Virus record (IMG/VR): IMGVR_UViG_3300025771_000143
Location: 1 to 27,736 of that record
Length of the DNA stretch: 27,736 nucleotides
Strand: one strand, 5' to 3'
Source: a virus
Taxonomy: Duplodnaviria; Caudoviricetes
Shown: one piece after another, positions 7,330 through 15,587 of the stretch
How positions within the stretch are numbered: the stretch's first letter is position 1
How the letters are laid out: each line of letters begins with the position of its first letter
Made by a program: the position numbers and the translations under genes
Notes under the pieces: model-generated
What the model saw: only the letters and a program-made list of their open reading frames with translations
Told to the model about the DNA's origin: nothing
Databases searched by the model: none

Positions 7330-8860
7330 GGGCACCCTGTGGCCGTACCAGCAGGAAGCCGTAGAGCGCATGGTCGACAGGGGCCAGATGTTGCTGGGTA
7401 TGGTCATGGGTGCTGGCAAGACTCCCACCACGCTGGGGGCCATCGAGCAACTCCATAGCGAGGGCGAGGTGGACCGCTGTCTTGTTGTTGTCCCCGCCTC
7501 CCTCAAGTTCCAGTGGCTAAGAGAGATCAGCAAGTTCACTGACGCTAAAGCCACCGTGATCGACGGCCCCAAGAACAAGCGTGACGTTCAGTGGCGTATG
7601 TCCATCAACAGCAGGTACGTCATTGTCAATGCTGAGACGTTGGCTAACGACGTGGACCGCATAGGCACCATCCAAGCCGTGGTTATCGACGAGAGCACGA
7701 TGATCAAGAACCGGTCAGCCAAGCGCTCCCGCCTGCTCAAGAAGGTCGGGAAGACGGTGCCATATCGCTATGCCCTGACAGGTCAGCCCATCGAGAACCG
7801 CCCCGAGGAACTCTTCAGCATCATGGAGTTCGTGGACAAAGACGTGCTCGGGGACTTCAAGATGTTTGACCGGACATTTATCGTGCGTGATAACTGGGGC
7901 AAACCCACCCGATATCGCAACCTCGACAAGATGCACAAGACGATGCAGGAGTGCATGGTCCGCAAGACCCGGGACGATATCAAGGATCAGTTGCCGGATA
8001 TCATCCACCAGACTGTCCCGGTCACCTTCGACGCCGGCGGCGCGGCGGCTTACAGACGCATCGCCAATGACCTATTAGCGAAGATATCGGAGGCTATGGG
8101 TAAGGGTAAGGGGGGCTTCAACCTATGGGCGCACTACAACGGAGGAGACGGGGATGAGACACAGGGGCAGATTATGTCTCGCCTTACCGTGCTTCGGATG
8201 CTTTGCGACAACCATCTTCTGGTACGCAAGTCCGCCACCGATTTCAAGGACCCCAATACGCCGAAGGGCAGTGAGTACGCATACGACATCGTTCATCGGG
8301 GATGGCTGGAAGGCGTAACAAAGACCCCCAAGTTGGATGCGGTCGTGGAGTACATCACCGAGGTACTCGATCAGGACAACAACAACAAGGTCGTGTTGTT
8401 TTCGTTCTTCAAAGAAAACCTGCGCCTGATACAGCACGCTATGACCTCCATAACGGACAGCGTTCTGTTTATGGGAGGCATGTCTGCCGAGGAGCGGGAC
8501 GCATCGAAGCAGCGGTTTGCTGACGATCCCAAGTGTCGACTGTTCCTGTCGTCGGATGCTGGTGGCTACGGCGTGGACCTACCTATGGCGAACTACCTCA
8601 TCTCCTACGACCTGCCGTGGTCTAGCGGTAAGTTGGAACAGCGGGAGGCCCGCATCATCCGCCTGTCGTCTGAGTTCCCCCACGTAACTATCGCCACCTT
8701 CGTCATGCAGGGGAGCATCGAAGAGCGTCAGTACGACATGCTCCAGATGAAGCGCTCGGTCAACGAGGCGTTCATCGACGGCAAGCACCTCAACAAAGAA
8801 GGAAGTATGGAATTGACTCTTGACACGCTCAGTGGTTTTCTGCGAGACTCCTCCCTATGA
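7322..8860 (+). CDS. SNF2-family (SF2) helicase/ATPase
   Basis: LWPYQ, MGAGKT, VVVPASL, IDES, ALTGQPIEN, KVVLFS, AGGYGVDL, YDLPW, QREARIIR. Confidence 0.92.
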   Translation: MFRGTLWPYQQEAVERMVDRGQMLLGMVMGAGKTPTTLGAIEQLHSEGEVDRCLVVVPASLKFQWLREISKFTDAKATVIDGPKNKRDVQWRMSINSRYVIVNAETLANDVDRIGTIQAVVIDESTMIKNRSAKRSRLLKKVGKTVPYRYALTGQPIENRPEELFSIMEFVDKDVLGDFKMFDRTFIVRDNWGKPTRYRNLDKMHKTMQECMVRKTRDDIKDQLPDIIHQTVPVTFDAGGAAAYRRIANDLLAKISEAMGKGKGGFNLWAHYNGGDGDETQGQIMSRLTVLRMLCDNHLLVRKSATDFKDPNTPKGSEYAYDIVHRGWLEGVTKTPKLDAVVEYITEVLDQDNNNKVVLFSFFKENLRLIQHAMTSITDSVLFMGGMSAEERDASKQRFADDPKCRLFLSSDAGGYGVDLPMANYLISYDLPWSSGKLEQREARIIRLSSEFPHVTIATFVMQGSIEERQYDMLQMKRSVNEAFIDGKHLNKEGSMELTLDTLSGFLRDSSL

Positions 8861-9276
8861 GCGAACTAGAGCGCATTACCGAGGAGTACATGAGCCACCT
8901 GCGCCACGTGGAGGCCCTCAACAAGATCGTGGCTGAGTACAAGAAGCAACTATCTGAGGCCGTGGATGCCGAGGGCGAGGAGGACGACAAGGGCCACAAG
9001 TGGCTCCAGATCGGCCCCTTCATGCTCCAGAAGCAGAGGCGACAGGGCAACAAGTCCCTCAACATCGAGGCCGCTGAGGAGTGGGCTAAGGAGCGAGGAA
9101 TCTGGGAGAAGGTCAGCGACGAGATCAGGGTCCTGAACGAGGATGCCCTCATGGCCTACGTCTACGACCACCGGGACGAGGCTGGCATCGAGGATGAGGT
9201 CCAGAACCTTTACAAAGAGGCACCAGTTTCTTACGCCTTCATGAAACCGGTCGAGGAAGCAACTTACGACTACTGA
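8857..9276 (+). CDS. Hypothetical protein with N-terminal coiled coil
   Basis: ATGA overlap with the helicase; genome-typical codon usage; heptad-like N-terminus. Confidence 0.7.
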   Translation: MSELERITEEYMSHLRHVEALNKIVAEYKKQLSEAVDAEGEEDDKGHKWLQIGPFMLQKQRRQGNKSLNIEAAEEWAKERGIWEKVSDEIRVLNEDALMAYVYDHRDEAGIEDEVQNLYKEAPVSYAFMKPVEEATYDY

Positions 9277-9281
9277 GGGTG

Positions 9282-9290
9282 TGCTAAGTT
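9282..9290 (+). promoter_or_regulatory. Putative extended -10 promoter
   Basis: TGcTAAGTT (TGnTAnnnT) in an intergenic gap upstream of SD GGAAGGA and ATG 9330; no clear -35. Confidence 0.45.
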
Positions 9291-9329
9291 CGTCTCTCCA
9301 CACCCCCCTAAGACGGAAGGACACAAGTC

Positions 9330-9476
9330 ATGGCAATTGCTATCCCCAAAGATGCCAGCCCCCAGCAGGTCTACACAGTTCTCGGACATCTCGTTGACGT
9401 ACACGAGCAGGCCGGGATTGAAACCATCTCCGTCAAGGGACTGAAAGAATGGCTCAACCAAAAGAAGACCAAGTAG
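9330..9476 (+). CDS. Small hypothetical protein, 48 aa (not in ORF track)
   Basis: MAIAIPKDASPQQVYTVLGHLVDVHEQAGIETISVKGLKEWLNQKKTK*; SD GGAAGGA upstream. Confidence 0.65.
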   Translation: MAIAIPKDASPQQVYTVLGHLVDVHEQAGIETISVKGLKEWLNQKKTK

Positions 9477-9601
9477 TCCGAAAGATTCGCCCATTCAAGT
9501 GGGAGATCATGGTAGTAAAAGGTAAAGTGATCTACTACTTCTACGGTCTTACCTACAAAAGCGCGTGCAAACAGCGGGATAATTACTTCAATAGTCTCTG
9601 A
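9449..9601 (+). CDS. Small basic hypothetical protein, 50 aa (not in ORF track)
   Basis: MAQPKEDQVVRKIRPFKWEIMVVKGKVIYYFYGLTYKSACKQRDNYFNSL*; AAGGGA upstream; fills the gap; AT-rich. Confidence 0.45.
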   Translation: MAQPKEDQVVRKIRPFKWEIMVVKGKVIYYFYGLTYKSACKQRDNYFNSL

Positions 9602-9622
9602 ACAACACAAGGAGTAGCACAA

Positions 9623-9823
9623 ATGGCTGTCTATGAGGATGACCTCAACATCATTATCTCTTGGCTCAAGTCCAAGAACTGTGGCATCTGGGCACAGTGG
9701 GACATCAGCGACCCCGACGAGATCGTGCTCGCCGCTGAATGGATTCGTGGTGTCATGGCTGGTCTGAGTGAGTACTCGGATTGGTATCAGAGTTGGCATC
9801 AGAGTACGAAGGTTGCTGGATGA
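9623..9823 (+). CDS. Small hypothetical protein
   Basis: SD AAGGAG; ATGA overlap with the next gene. Confidence 0.7.
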   Translation: MAVYEDDLNIIISWLKSKNCGIWAQWDISDPDEIVLAAEWIRGVMAGLSEYSDWYQSWHQSTKVAG

Positions 9824-10284
9824 GCACAGACCCTTTGGATTACTTCAACGCACTCACCAGCAAGCGTGAGCAGGACGACGACGGCCCCGATTACCCCGGT
9901 AACGTCGCACCAAGAAATCGTGGAGGGGGCGTTGACAGCGCCACACATGAGTGGCTAAACTCCCTCCGTTCCTATGAGTATCTGGTGAACGGTATGGCTC
10001 GCCGGTTCTACACGGTGGGTGCCTTGGCATCCGCACTGAACCGCAAGCCTGTCACCATTCGCTCGTGGGAAGCGAAAGGCTGGATTCCTCCAGCATCATT
10101 CCGCACCCCAGCGCCGAAGTCGGAACAGATTCCGGGTAAGGCGGTGAAGGGACGGCGTCTCTACAGCGAGGCACAGATCGTGTTTCTCGTAGAGGCGGCG
10201 ATGGCATATGCTATCGACGACCCCGACAGTCCTGACTGGAAGGGTTTCCGAAAGCACATTGCCGACAATTACCCAACGACATGA
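9820..10284 (+). CDS. MerR-like helix-turn-helix DNA-binding protein
   Basis: YTVGALASALNRKPVTIRSWEAKGWIP...GRRLYSEAQI; start moved to ATG 9820 (ATGA overlap). Confidence 0.85.
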   Translation: MSTDPLDYFNALTSKREQDDDGPDYPGNVAPRNRGGGVDSATHEWLNSLRSYEYLVNGMARRFYTVGALASALNRKPVTIRSWEAKGWIPPASFRTPAPKSEQIPGKAVKGRRLYSEAQIVFLVEAAMAYAIDDPDSPDWKGFRKHIADNYPTT

Positions 10285-10299
10285 GAAAGAGTTAGAGCC

Positions 10300-10962
10300 A
10301 TGGGACGTTTTGACGACGATACCGAAGACACGGGTGGGAGCATTGCTACCGCCCCCGACATCGACCGCACCGAGGCCCGTAGGGTCATCAAGCGGGGATG
10401 GGGCAACGTGGAGCAGACCAAGCAGGCTGACTCCCCCTACGCCCAGCGCCTGAAGATTGACGACAAGCCTGTCATCATCAAGTTCTTGGAGGACGAGCCG
10501 TACACCTCGTACCGCCAGCACTGGATCGAGCGGCAGGGCCAGAAGTCCTTCACGTGCATCGCTGACATGCACCCCAAGGGTTGCCCGCTGTGTGACGCAG
10601 GTCACAGGCCGTCTGCCCGCTTCGCCTTCAACGTCGCTCTGCTGAGCGAGGACGGCGACACCACGATCAAGTCCTATGAGGTTGGCCCTCGGGTCATCGA
10701 CAGCCTCAAGAACTTCCATCAGGACCCCCGTCAGGGACCACTCCCGAAGCACTACTGGGCGATCAGCCGCTCCGGTAAGGGACCGACCTCGCAGACCAAC
10801 CACCAGATGGTGCGTGACCGGGATCTGGAGGAGGAGTGGAACATCACCCCCCTGACCGAGGATGGTCTGGAGCAGATCAAGAAGCAGGCGTACGATGCCA
10901 GCATCGTGCCCATCCCCAACCGGGAGACTCTCGTCGGCATTGCCGCCGAAGAGATGGAGTGA
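10300..10962 (+). CDS. Single-stranded DNA-binding protein (gp32-like)
   Basis: IIKFL...HWI...SFTC...CPLC metal site, ISRSGKG, acidic end; sits just upstream of the DNA polymerase. Confidence 0.75.
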   Translation: MGRFDDDTEDTGGSIATAPDIDRTEARRVIKRGWGNVEQTKQADSPYAQRLKIDDKPVIIKFLEDEPYTSYRQHWIERQGQKSFTCIADMHPKGCPLCDAGHRPSARFAFNVALLSEDGDTTIKSYEVGPRVIDSLKNFHQDPRQGPLPKHYWAISRSGKGPTSQTNHQMVRDRDLEEEWNITPLTEDGLEQIKKQAYDASIVPIPNRETLVGIAAEEME

Positions 10963-10971
10963 CCACACTCC

Positions 10972-13065
10972 ATGTCATCCCCTGTGACGGGACGGCGGGG
11001 GCCAAGTGCCCCCGCCGTTCTCTCTCCTGAACAACTTCCCGAGATTGTCAGGGCCGTACAGGCAGAGGGCATCTTCTCCTTCGACGTAGAGACCCGTGGC
11101 AACATCGAACGCCACGCAGAGGTCATGGACCTCGTCGAAGCAGAGTGGAAGTCCAAGTCAGACAGCCTGAAGTCCACGCACCCCACTGTCGTCCAGCGGT
11201 CCCGACAGGCCATTGAGGACAAGTGGCGTGGCAACGTAGCCCTCGACACTCTCCGCAACGAGGTCTTCTGGATCGGCATCGCCACCAAGGGTCAGTCGTG
11301 GGCTATCCCCATGGGCCACCCCAACGGCGAGGTGCTGGTCCCAGAGCAACGTGGTGACGGCTCGACCATTCCGCCCCCCGGTTATCGGGCGGTCCTCTCC
11401 AGCGGTAAGGAGAGCATGGCGAGGGCTAAGTACTACATCCCCGCTACGTTCACCGATCCCCCCGAGCAGATGACGCAGGAGACTGTCTTCTCTGCTCTGG
11501 AGCCGCTGTTCATGAGCGAGGACATCGTCAAGGTCAACCAGAACATCAAGTTCGACTGTAAGTCCGTGGCGAAGTACTACGGGGGAGAACTGCCTAAGGG
11601 TAGGTACATCGACACGCAGGTGCTCATGCACATCGTCGATGAGAACCTGCCGAGTTACCGGTTGGTCTCTATCCTCGACAAGGTCTTCAAGTTCGACCCG
11701 TACCACAGGGACGGCAAGATCGGTAAGACCATCACCACCGAGCCGTTCAGCAGGGCGTGCCGGTATGTCCACTACGACGCCCGCTGGGCGTGGCTGGTTT
11801 ACACCCGCCTGTATCGGAAGATCGCCGCAGTACCGACGCTTATGGACGTGCTTCACCTTGATATCGACGTGCTATCAGTGCTCGCACAGATGGAGATGAA
11901 CGGTATTCAGGTCAACAAGCGGGAGTTGACCCGGCTGGGCAAGTCGCTCGACCTTGATCTGAACAACAAGGTGGCCGACATCTCTCAGTACGCCCCCGTG
12001 GGATTCAACCCAGACTCCAACGTCCACAAGTCCCACTTACTCTTCGACAAGAAGCGTGAGGGAGGGCTGGGGCTGAAGCCGAAGAAGACGACCAGCAGTG
12101 GCAAGCCCAGCGTGGACGAGGACTCTCTGAAGTCGCTACAGGGACAGCACCCCGTGGTGGACATGCTCATGGAGTACGCCGAACTCAAGAAGATGAAGTC
12201 AACATACGTTGACGGCTTGCTCCCCCTGCTCCACAAGGGCCGACTGCACCCACAGTTCCACCTCCACCGCACGGTTACCTCCCGTCTTTCTGCGAGCGAC
12301 CCCAACCTCCAGAACATCCCCCGGGATGGCAGGGTGCGGAGCCTGTTCGTGGCAGAGGAGAACAACAGCCTGATCGTGGCTGACTACAGCCAGATCGAGA
12401 TGCGGATCATGGCGATGTACTCGCAGGACCCCAAACTGCTCCACATCTTCGCAGAGAACATCGACGTACACGCCGGTACGGCCAGCGTCATCCTTGGCAA
12501 GCCCCCGGAAGAGATCGACAGCGAAGAGCGCAACATCTATGGCAAGGTCCCCAACTTCCTTATGGGGTATGGGGGCGGTCCTAAGCGGCTGGTTGAGGCT
12601 ACTGGGGGCAAACTTTCCATGGAGGATGCGAAGCAGGTCGTCGAGAACTACAACTCGGGCTACGCCCAACTGACGGAATGGAAGACCCGCACTATCGCTA
12701 AGGCTCGGCGTATCGGATACGTGGAGACTATGAAGGGTCGCCGTCGTCGTGTGCCCGACCTGAACTCTGACGACTTTGCTTCTAAGGCTCGCTCTGAGAG
12801 GCAGGCGATCAACGCCATCATTCAGGGTACGGCCTCCGAAATCTGTAAGGAAGCCATGGTTCGGGTTCACCGGACTCTTGACTATCCGAAGTGCCGGATG
12901 CTCGTACAGGTACACGACGAATTAGTGGTATCCGTCCCCATCGAAGAGATCCCTAAGTGGGAACCTGCACTAGAGCAGGCAATGGGGAATGGTAAGGTAA
13001 TCATGGGCGTTTCTTTGGAAGTAGAAGCGCATCACGCACAGTCATGGTCAGAGGCGAAAGGCTGA
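10972..13065 (+). CDS. polA: Family A DNA polymerase with 3'-5' exonuclease, no 5'-3' exonuclease
   Basis: ExoI FDVET, ExoII QNIKFD, ExoIII YVHYDA; PNLQNIP, motif A ADYSQIEMR, motif B KVPNFLMGYG, motif C QVHDEL. Confidence 0.96.
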   Translation: MSSPVTGRRGPSAPAVLSPEQLPEIVRAVQAEGIFSFDVETRGNIERHAEVMDLVEAEWKSKSDSLKSTHPTVVQRSRQAIEDKWRGNVALDTLRNEVFWIGIATKGQSWAIPMGHPNGEVLVPEQRGDGSTIPPPGYRAVLSSGKESMARAKYYIPATFTDPPEQMTQETVFSALEPLFMSEDIVKVNQNIKFDCKSVAKYYGGELPKGRYIDTQVLMHIVDENLPSYRLVSILDKVFKFDPYHRDGKIGKTITTEPFSRACRYVHYDARWAWLVYTRLYRKIAAVPTLMDVLHLDIDVLSVLAQMEMNGIQVNKRELTRLGKSLDLDLNNKVADISQYAPVGFNPDSNVHKSHLLFDKKREGGLGLKPKKTTSSGKPSVDEDSLKSLQGQHPVVDMLMEYAELKKMKSTYVDGLLPLLHKGRLHPQFHLHRTVTSRLSASDPNLQNIPRDGRVRSLFVAEENNSLIVADYSQIEMRIMAMYSQDPKLLHIFAENIDVHAGTASVILGKPPEEIDSEERNIYGKVPNFLMGYGGGPKRLVEATGGKLSMEDAKQVVENYNSGYAQLTEWKTRTIAKARRIGYVETMKGRRRRVPDLNSDDFASKARSERQAINAIIQGTASEICKEAMVRVHRTLDYPKCRMLVQVHDELVVSVPIEEIPKWEPALEQAMGNGKVIMGVSLEVEAHHAQSWSEAKG
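10989..11027 (+). terminator. Terminator-like hairpin inside the first codons of polA
   Basis: GGACGGCGGGGGC-CAAGT-GCCCCCGCCGTTC (10990-11020), 13-bp stem, followed by pyrimidine run TCTCTCC. Confidence 0.6.
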
Positions 13066-13066
13066 T

Positions 13067-13516
13067 ATGGACGAGCAAGAAAGACGCCAATTCCAACGCA
13101 ATTTCTATTTGAAGTTGTCGCCCATTGACGGGCACGAGATTGCGGAGGAGCAGGGCGGGTTCGTTGCCCCATCCGATGAGTCAGCCGAGGCTGAGATTCG
13201 TGACACTCTCAAGTTGTGGCTGACCTTACAGCAGGGTCAGGCCGGGGAGATCATCGCCAACAGCGCTTGGTGGATGACCCAGTACATGGACCCTGAGAAG
13301 CGGCTGGCGGCTACCGACGGGGTGGTCTACCTCGACCGCCTTACGTCGTTTGCGGTCGCTGTCATGGGCCAGTTGCTGGATGCCGGGGTCATCGAACTCA
13401 AGGAGGTCCCCGAGATTCCCGACATCCTGCTCTCTACCGAGGACCTACTCAGCCCTGAGAATCTTGACATGCTGAAGAACCTAGAGTCATTATGGGAGGA
13501 TGACGGTGAGCAATAA
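13067..13516 (+). CDS. Hypothetical acidic protein
   Basis: Starts 1 nt after the polA stop; typical codon usage; no motif recognised. Confidence 0.7.
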   Translation: MDEQERRQFQRNFYLKLSPIDGHEIAEEQGGFVAPSDESAEAEIRDTLKLWLTLQQGQAGEIIANSAWWMTQYMDPEKRLAATDGVVYLDRLTSFAVAVMGQLLDAGVIELKEVPEIPDILLSTEDLLSPENLDMLKNLESLWEDDGEQ

Positions 13517-13952
13517 TGCTTCTTGGTGGGCCAACAAGTTGGGAACCCAACAGCCTCAGTATGGGCTAACGGTCCCAGCACAGCGGGCACCTCAGCCCGT
13601 ACAGCAGACGGTCCAACCACAGCAGGTACAGCAAGTACAGCAGGCTGTCCAGCCCGATATGTCTGGCGTGCCGCTGAATCAGGGAGAGCGTCAGCAGACG
13701 CTTGATCCCAACCGAGACCCCAACGCCGAGGTCAGCATGGGTGAGGCCATGCGCCTGTGGCGTGGTGGAGAGGCGCACCGCATGGAGGGCAACATGGCAT
13801 GTCCCGACTGCGGTAGCACCACCGGCTACACTGCCTACTCCGGTCGAGCCGCTGGCTCGGCTCGGGTCAATGGGCAACAGCCTCGCCCACACTGCTTTGA
13901 GTGTGGGTACAACGGCACCTTCTCGCAAGGGATGGAGTCAAACTGGGCATAG
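13506..13952 (+). CDS. Gln/Pro-rich protein with C-terminal Zn ribbon
   Basis: CPDCG...CFECGY; Q-rich linker; GTG 13506 follows SD GGGAGGA. Confidence 0.7.
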   Translation: MSNNASWWANKLGTQQPQYGLTVPAQRAPQPVQQTVQPQQVQQVQQAVQPDMSGVPLNQGERQQTLDPNRDPNAEVSMGEAMRLWRGGEAHRMEGNMACPDCGSTTGYTAYSGRAAGSARVNGQQPRPHCFECGYNGTFSQGMESNWA

Positions 13953-13962
13953 AAGGAATAGC

Positions 13963-15015
13963 GTGAAAGACAGATACAAGTCATTAGATGAGATAGCAGA
14001 TGAGATCAACAAGAAACTTGGCGAAGAAATCCTTATCAAAGGGAGTGCCGCGAAAGCGGAGGTTCCCCATGTCTCCACTGGTGTCCTCGCCTACGACCTC
14101 GCTCTCGGAGGAGGATGGGCCGCAAATCAGTGGAACGAAATCGTCGGAGAAGAGTCTTCGGGAAAGACTGCTATTGCGTATCGCACTATTGCGGCGAACC
14201 AGCAGCGAGACCCCGAATGGCTAGCCCTCTGGGTAGCCGCTGAGGAGTACGTCCCCGACTACGCCGCATCGTTTGGCGTAGACCTCGACCGTCTGTGGGT
14301 CGTCGAGACCAACGAGATGGAGTCGGCACTGGAACTGGTGCTGAAGGCCGTCGAGAACCGTGCGGTTGACTGCGTGGTCATCGACTCTCTTCCTGCTCTC
14401 GTTACGGAGACCGAGGTCAACAAGTCTATGGACGAGGCTTCCGTGGCTACTGGGGCGCAGATCCTCAGCCGCTTCTTCAAGAAGTGCGCTAAGGCCCAGC
14501 GCCGTTCCATGACTGACGAGGACCGTTCCTGCACCCTGATCGCCATCAACCAGTGGCGAGACAAGATCGGTGTTATGTACGGCGACCCCCGCACCACCCC
14601 CGGTGGTAAGGCCAAGAACTATTACTACTTCACCCGTGTCGAGGTGAGGCGTGATGAGTGGATATCAGAGGGGTCGAAGTTGGACACTCGGGTGGGTCAG
14701 ACCATCAAGATGCGGGTCATGAAGAACAAGACCTACCGCCCCCAGCAGATCGCTCAGGCTGACTTCTACTTTGCCGATACCTACGGATTCCGTAAGGGCG
14801 AGTTTGATACGGTAAAGGACATCGTCAACGTGGCGCTGGCTCTGGAGTTGTTTGAGGGCCGCTACAAGTTTGAGGGTGAGCGCATCGCTAGCAAGAAGGA
14901 GGAACTGTATGACATGGTTCGTCAGGACCTTGGCTTGCAGGCTCGCCTCCGTGATGCGGCGACCACGGCTGTGCTGGGAGATCCGACAGGGGAGGAAGTA
15001 CTTGAGCAGGTATGA
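13963..15015 (+). CDS. recA: RecA-like recombinase
   Basis: STGVLAYDLALGGG, EIVGEESSGKT, VIDSLPAL, INQWRDKIGVMYGDPRTTPGG; real start likely GTG 13963 after AAGGA. Confidence 0.95.
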   Translation: MKDRYKSLDEIADEINKKLGEEILIKGSAAKAEVPHVSTGVLAYDLALGGGWAANQWNEIVGEESSGKTAIAYRTIAANQQRDPEWLALWVAAEEYVPDYAASFGVDLDRLWVVETNEMESALELVLKAVENRAVDCVVIDSLPALVTETEVNKSMDEASVATGAQILSRFFKKCAKAQRRSMTDEDRSCTLIAINQWRDKIGVMYGDPRTTPGGKAKNYYYFTRVEVRRDEWISEGSKLDTRVGQTIKMRVMKNKTYRPQQIAQADFYFADTYGFRKGEFDTVKDIVNVALALELFEGRYKFEGERIASKKEELYDMVRQDLGLQARLRDAATTAVLGDPTGEEVLEQV

Positions 15016-15274
15016 GCACCCCTCGCAATGGGATAACTACCGCAAGCCCAAGAATGACCCGTGGTCAAAGGCCCTGAAGAGGCCGTATGACCGTGAGGAT
15101 GAGGGGCTGTTGGAAGTATCCAAGATTACTATCAAGCACGTCCACGAACTGGAGATGATCAAGTCACTTTTGACTGCCATCATGAACACGCTTGATGAGC
15201 AGAAAGAGTTGATGGAGGACCACTCGGAAATGCTCGACGACCTCATGTATGCCCTGTACAAAGATGAGGAGTGA
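15002..15274 (+). CDS. Hypothetical protein, coiled-coil C-terminus
   Basis: In-frame TTG 15002 after SD GGGGAGG; fills the recA-resolvase gap. Confidence 0.6.
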   Translation: MSRYEHPSQWDNYRKPKNDPWSKALKRPYDREDEGLLEVSKITIKHVHELEMIKSLLTAIMNTLDEQKELMEDHSEMLDDLMYALYKDEE

Positions 15275-15587
15275 GTCGCAGAAGCGGTCTAAGAAGCAAG
15301 AAGAGCGCACGGCTAAGGCATACAGCGGCTCTCGTAACGTCATGTCGGGAGCAGGGTGGGTCCGCAAAGCGGATGTCCGCACCGAGGAGTTCATGATTGA
15401 GAACAAACTCAAGATGGACCCCGACGCTAAGTCGTACAGCATCAAGGCCGTTGATATGCGTGATCTTGTCAAGCGTGCTCGCTTAGAGGGACGCATCCCA
15501 CTGCTACAGATTGACTTGGCAGGTCACCGTTACGTAGTGTTGCCAGAGGACGACTTTTTGGACATATGTGGAGTAGATGATGACTGA
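15264..15587 (+). CDS. Hjc-like PD-(D/E)xK nuclease, putative Holliday junction resolvase 1
   Basis: KKQEERTAK...SGAG...KADV...IENK pattern (E...D...ExK). Confidence 0.75.
   Translation: MRSESQKRSKKQEERTAKAYSGSRNVMSGAGWVRKADVRTEEFMIENKLKMDPDAKSYSIKAVDMRDLVKRARLEGRIPLLQIDLAGHRYVVLPEDDFLDICGVDDD

Noticed and set aside
6397-7578. 393-aa minus-strand ORF
   Set aside because: Antisense shadow of the primase and helicase genes; no motifs; long antisense ORFs are expected at this GC content.
8857-9276. Gam-like host nuclease inhibitor call
   Set aside because: Only a generic coiled-coil resemblance; no specific motif I can support.
10096-12915. Minus-strand ORFs of 290, 232 and 238 aa
   Set aside because: They mirror ssb and polA codons (V/L/D/H-rich antisense pattern) with no independent signals.
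13702-13962. 87-aa N-terminal extension of RecA in the ORF track
   Set aside because: Overlaps the Zn ribbon gene in another frame; SD and RecA similarity support GTG 13963.
4928-15015. Inteins or introns in dnaB, SNF2 helicase, polA, recA
   Set aside because: ORFs are continuous and of normal size; no C...HN intein termini or LAGLIDADG motifs seen.
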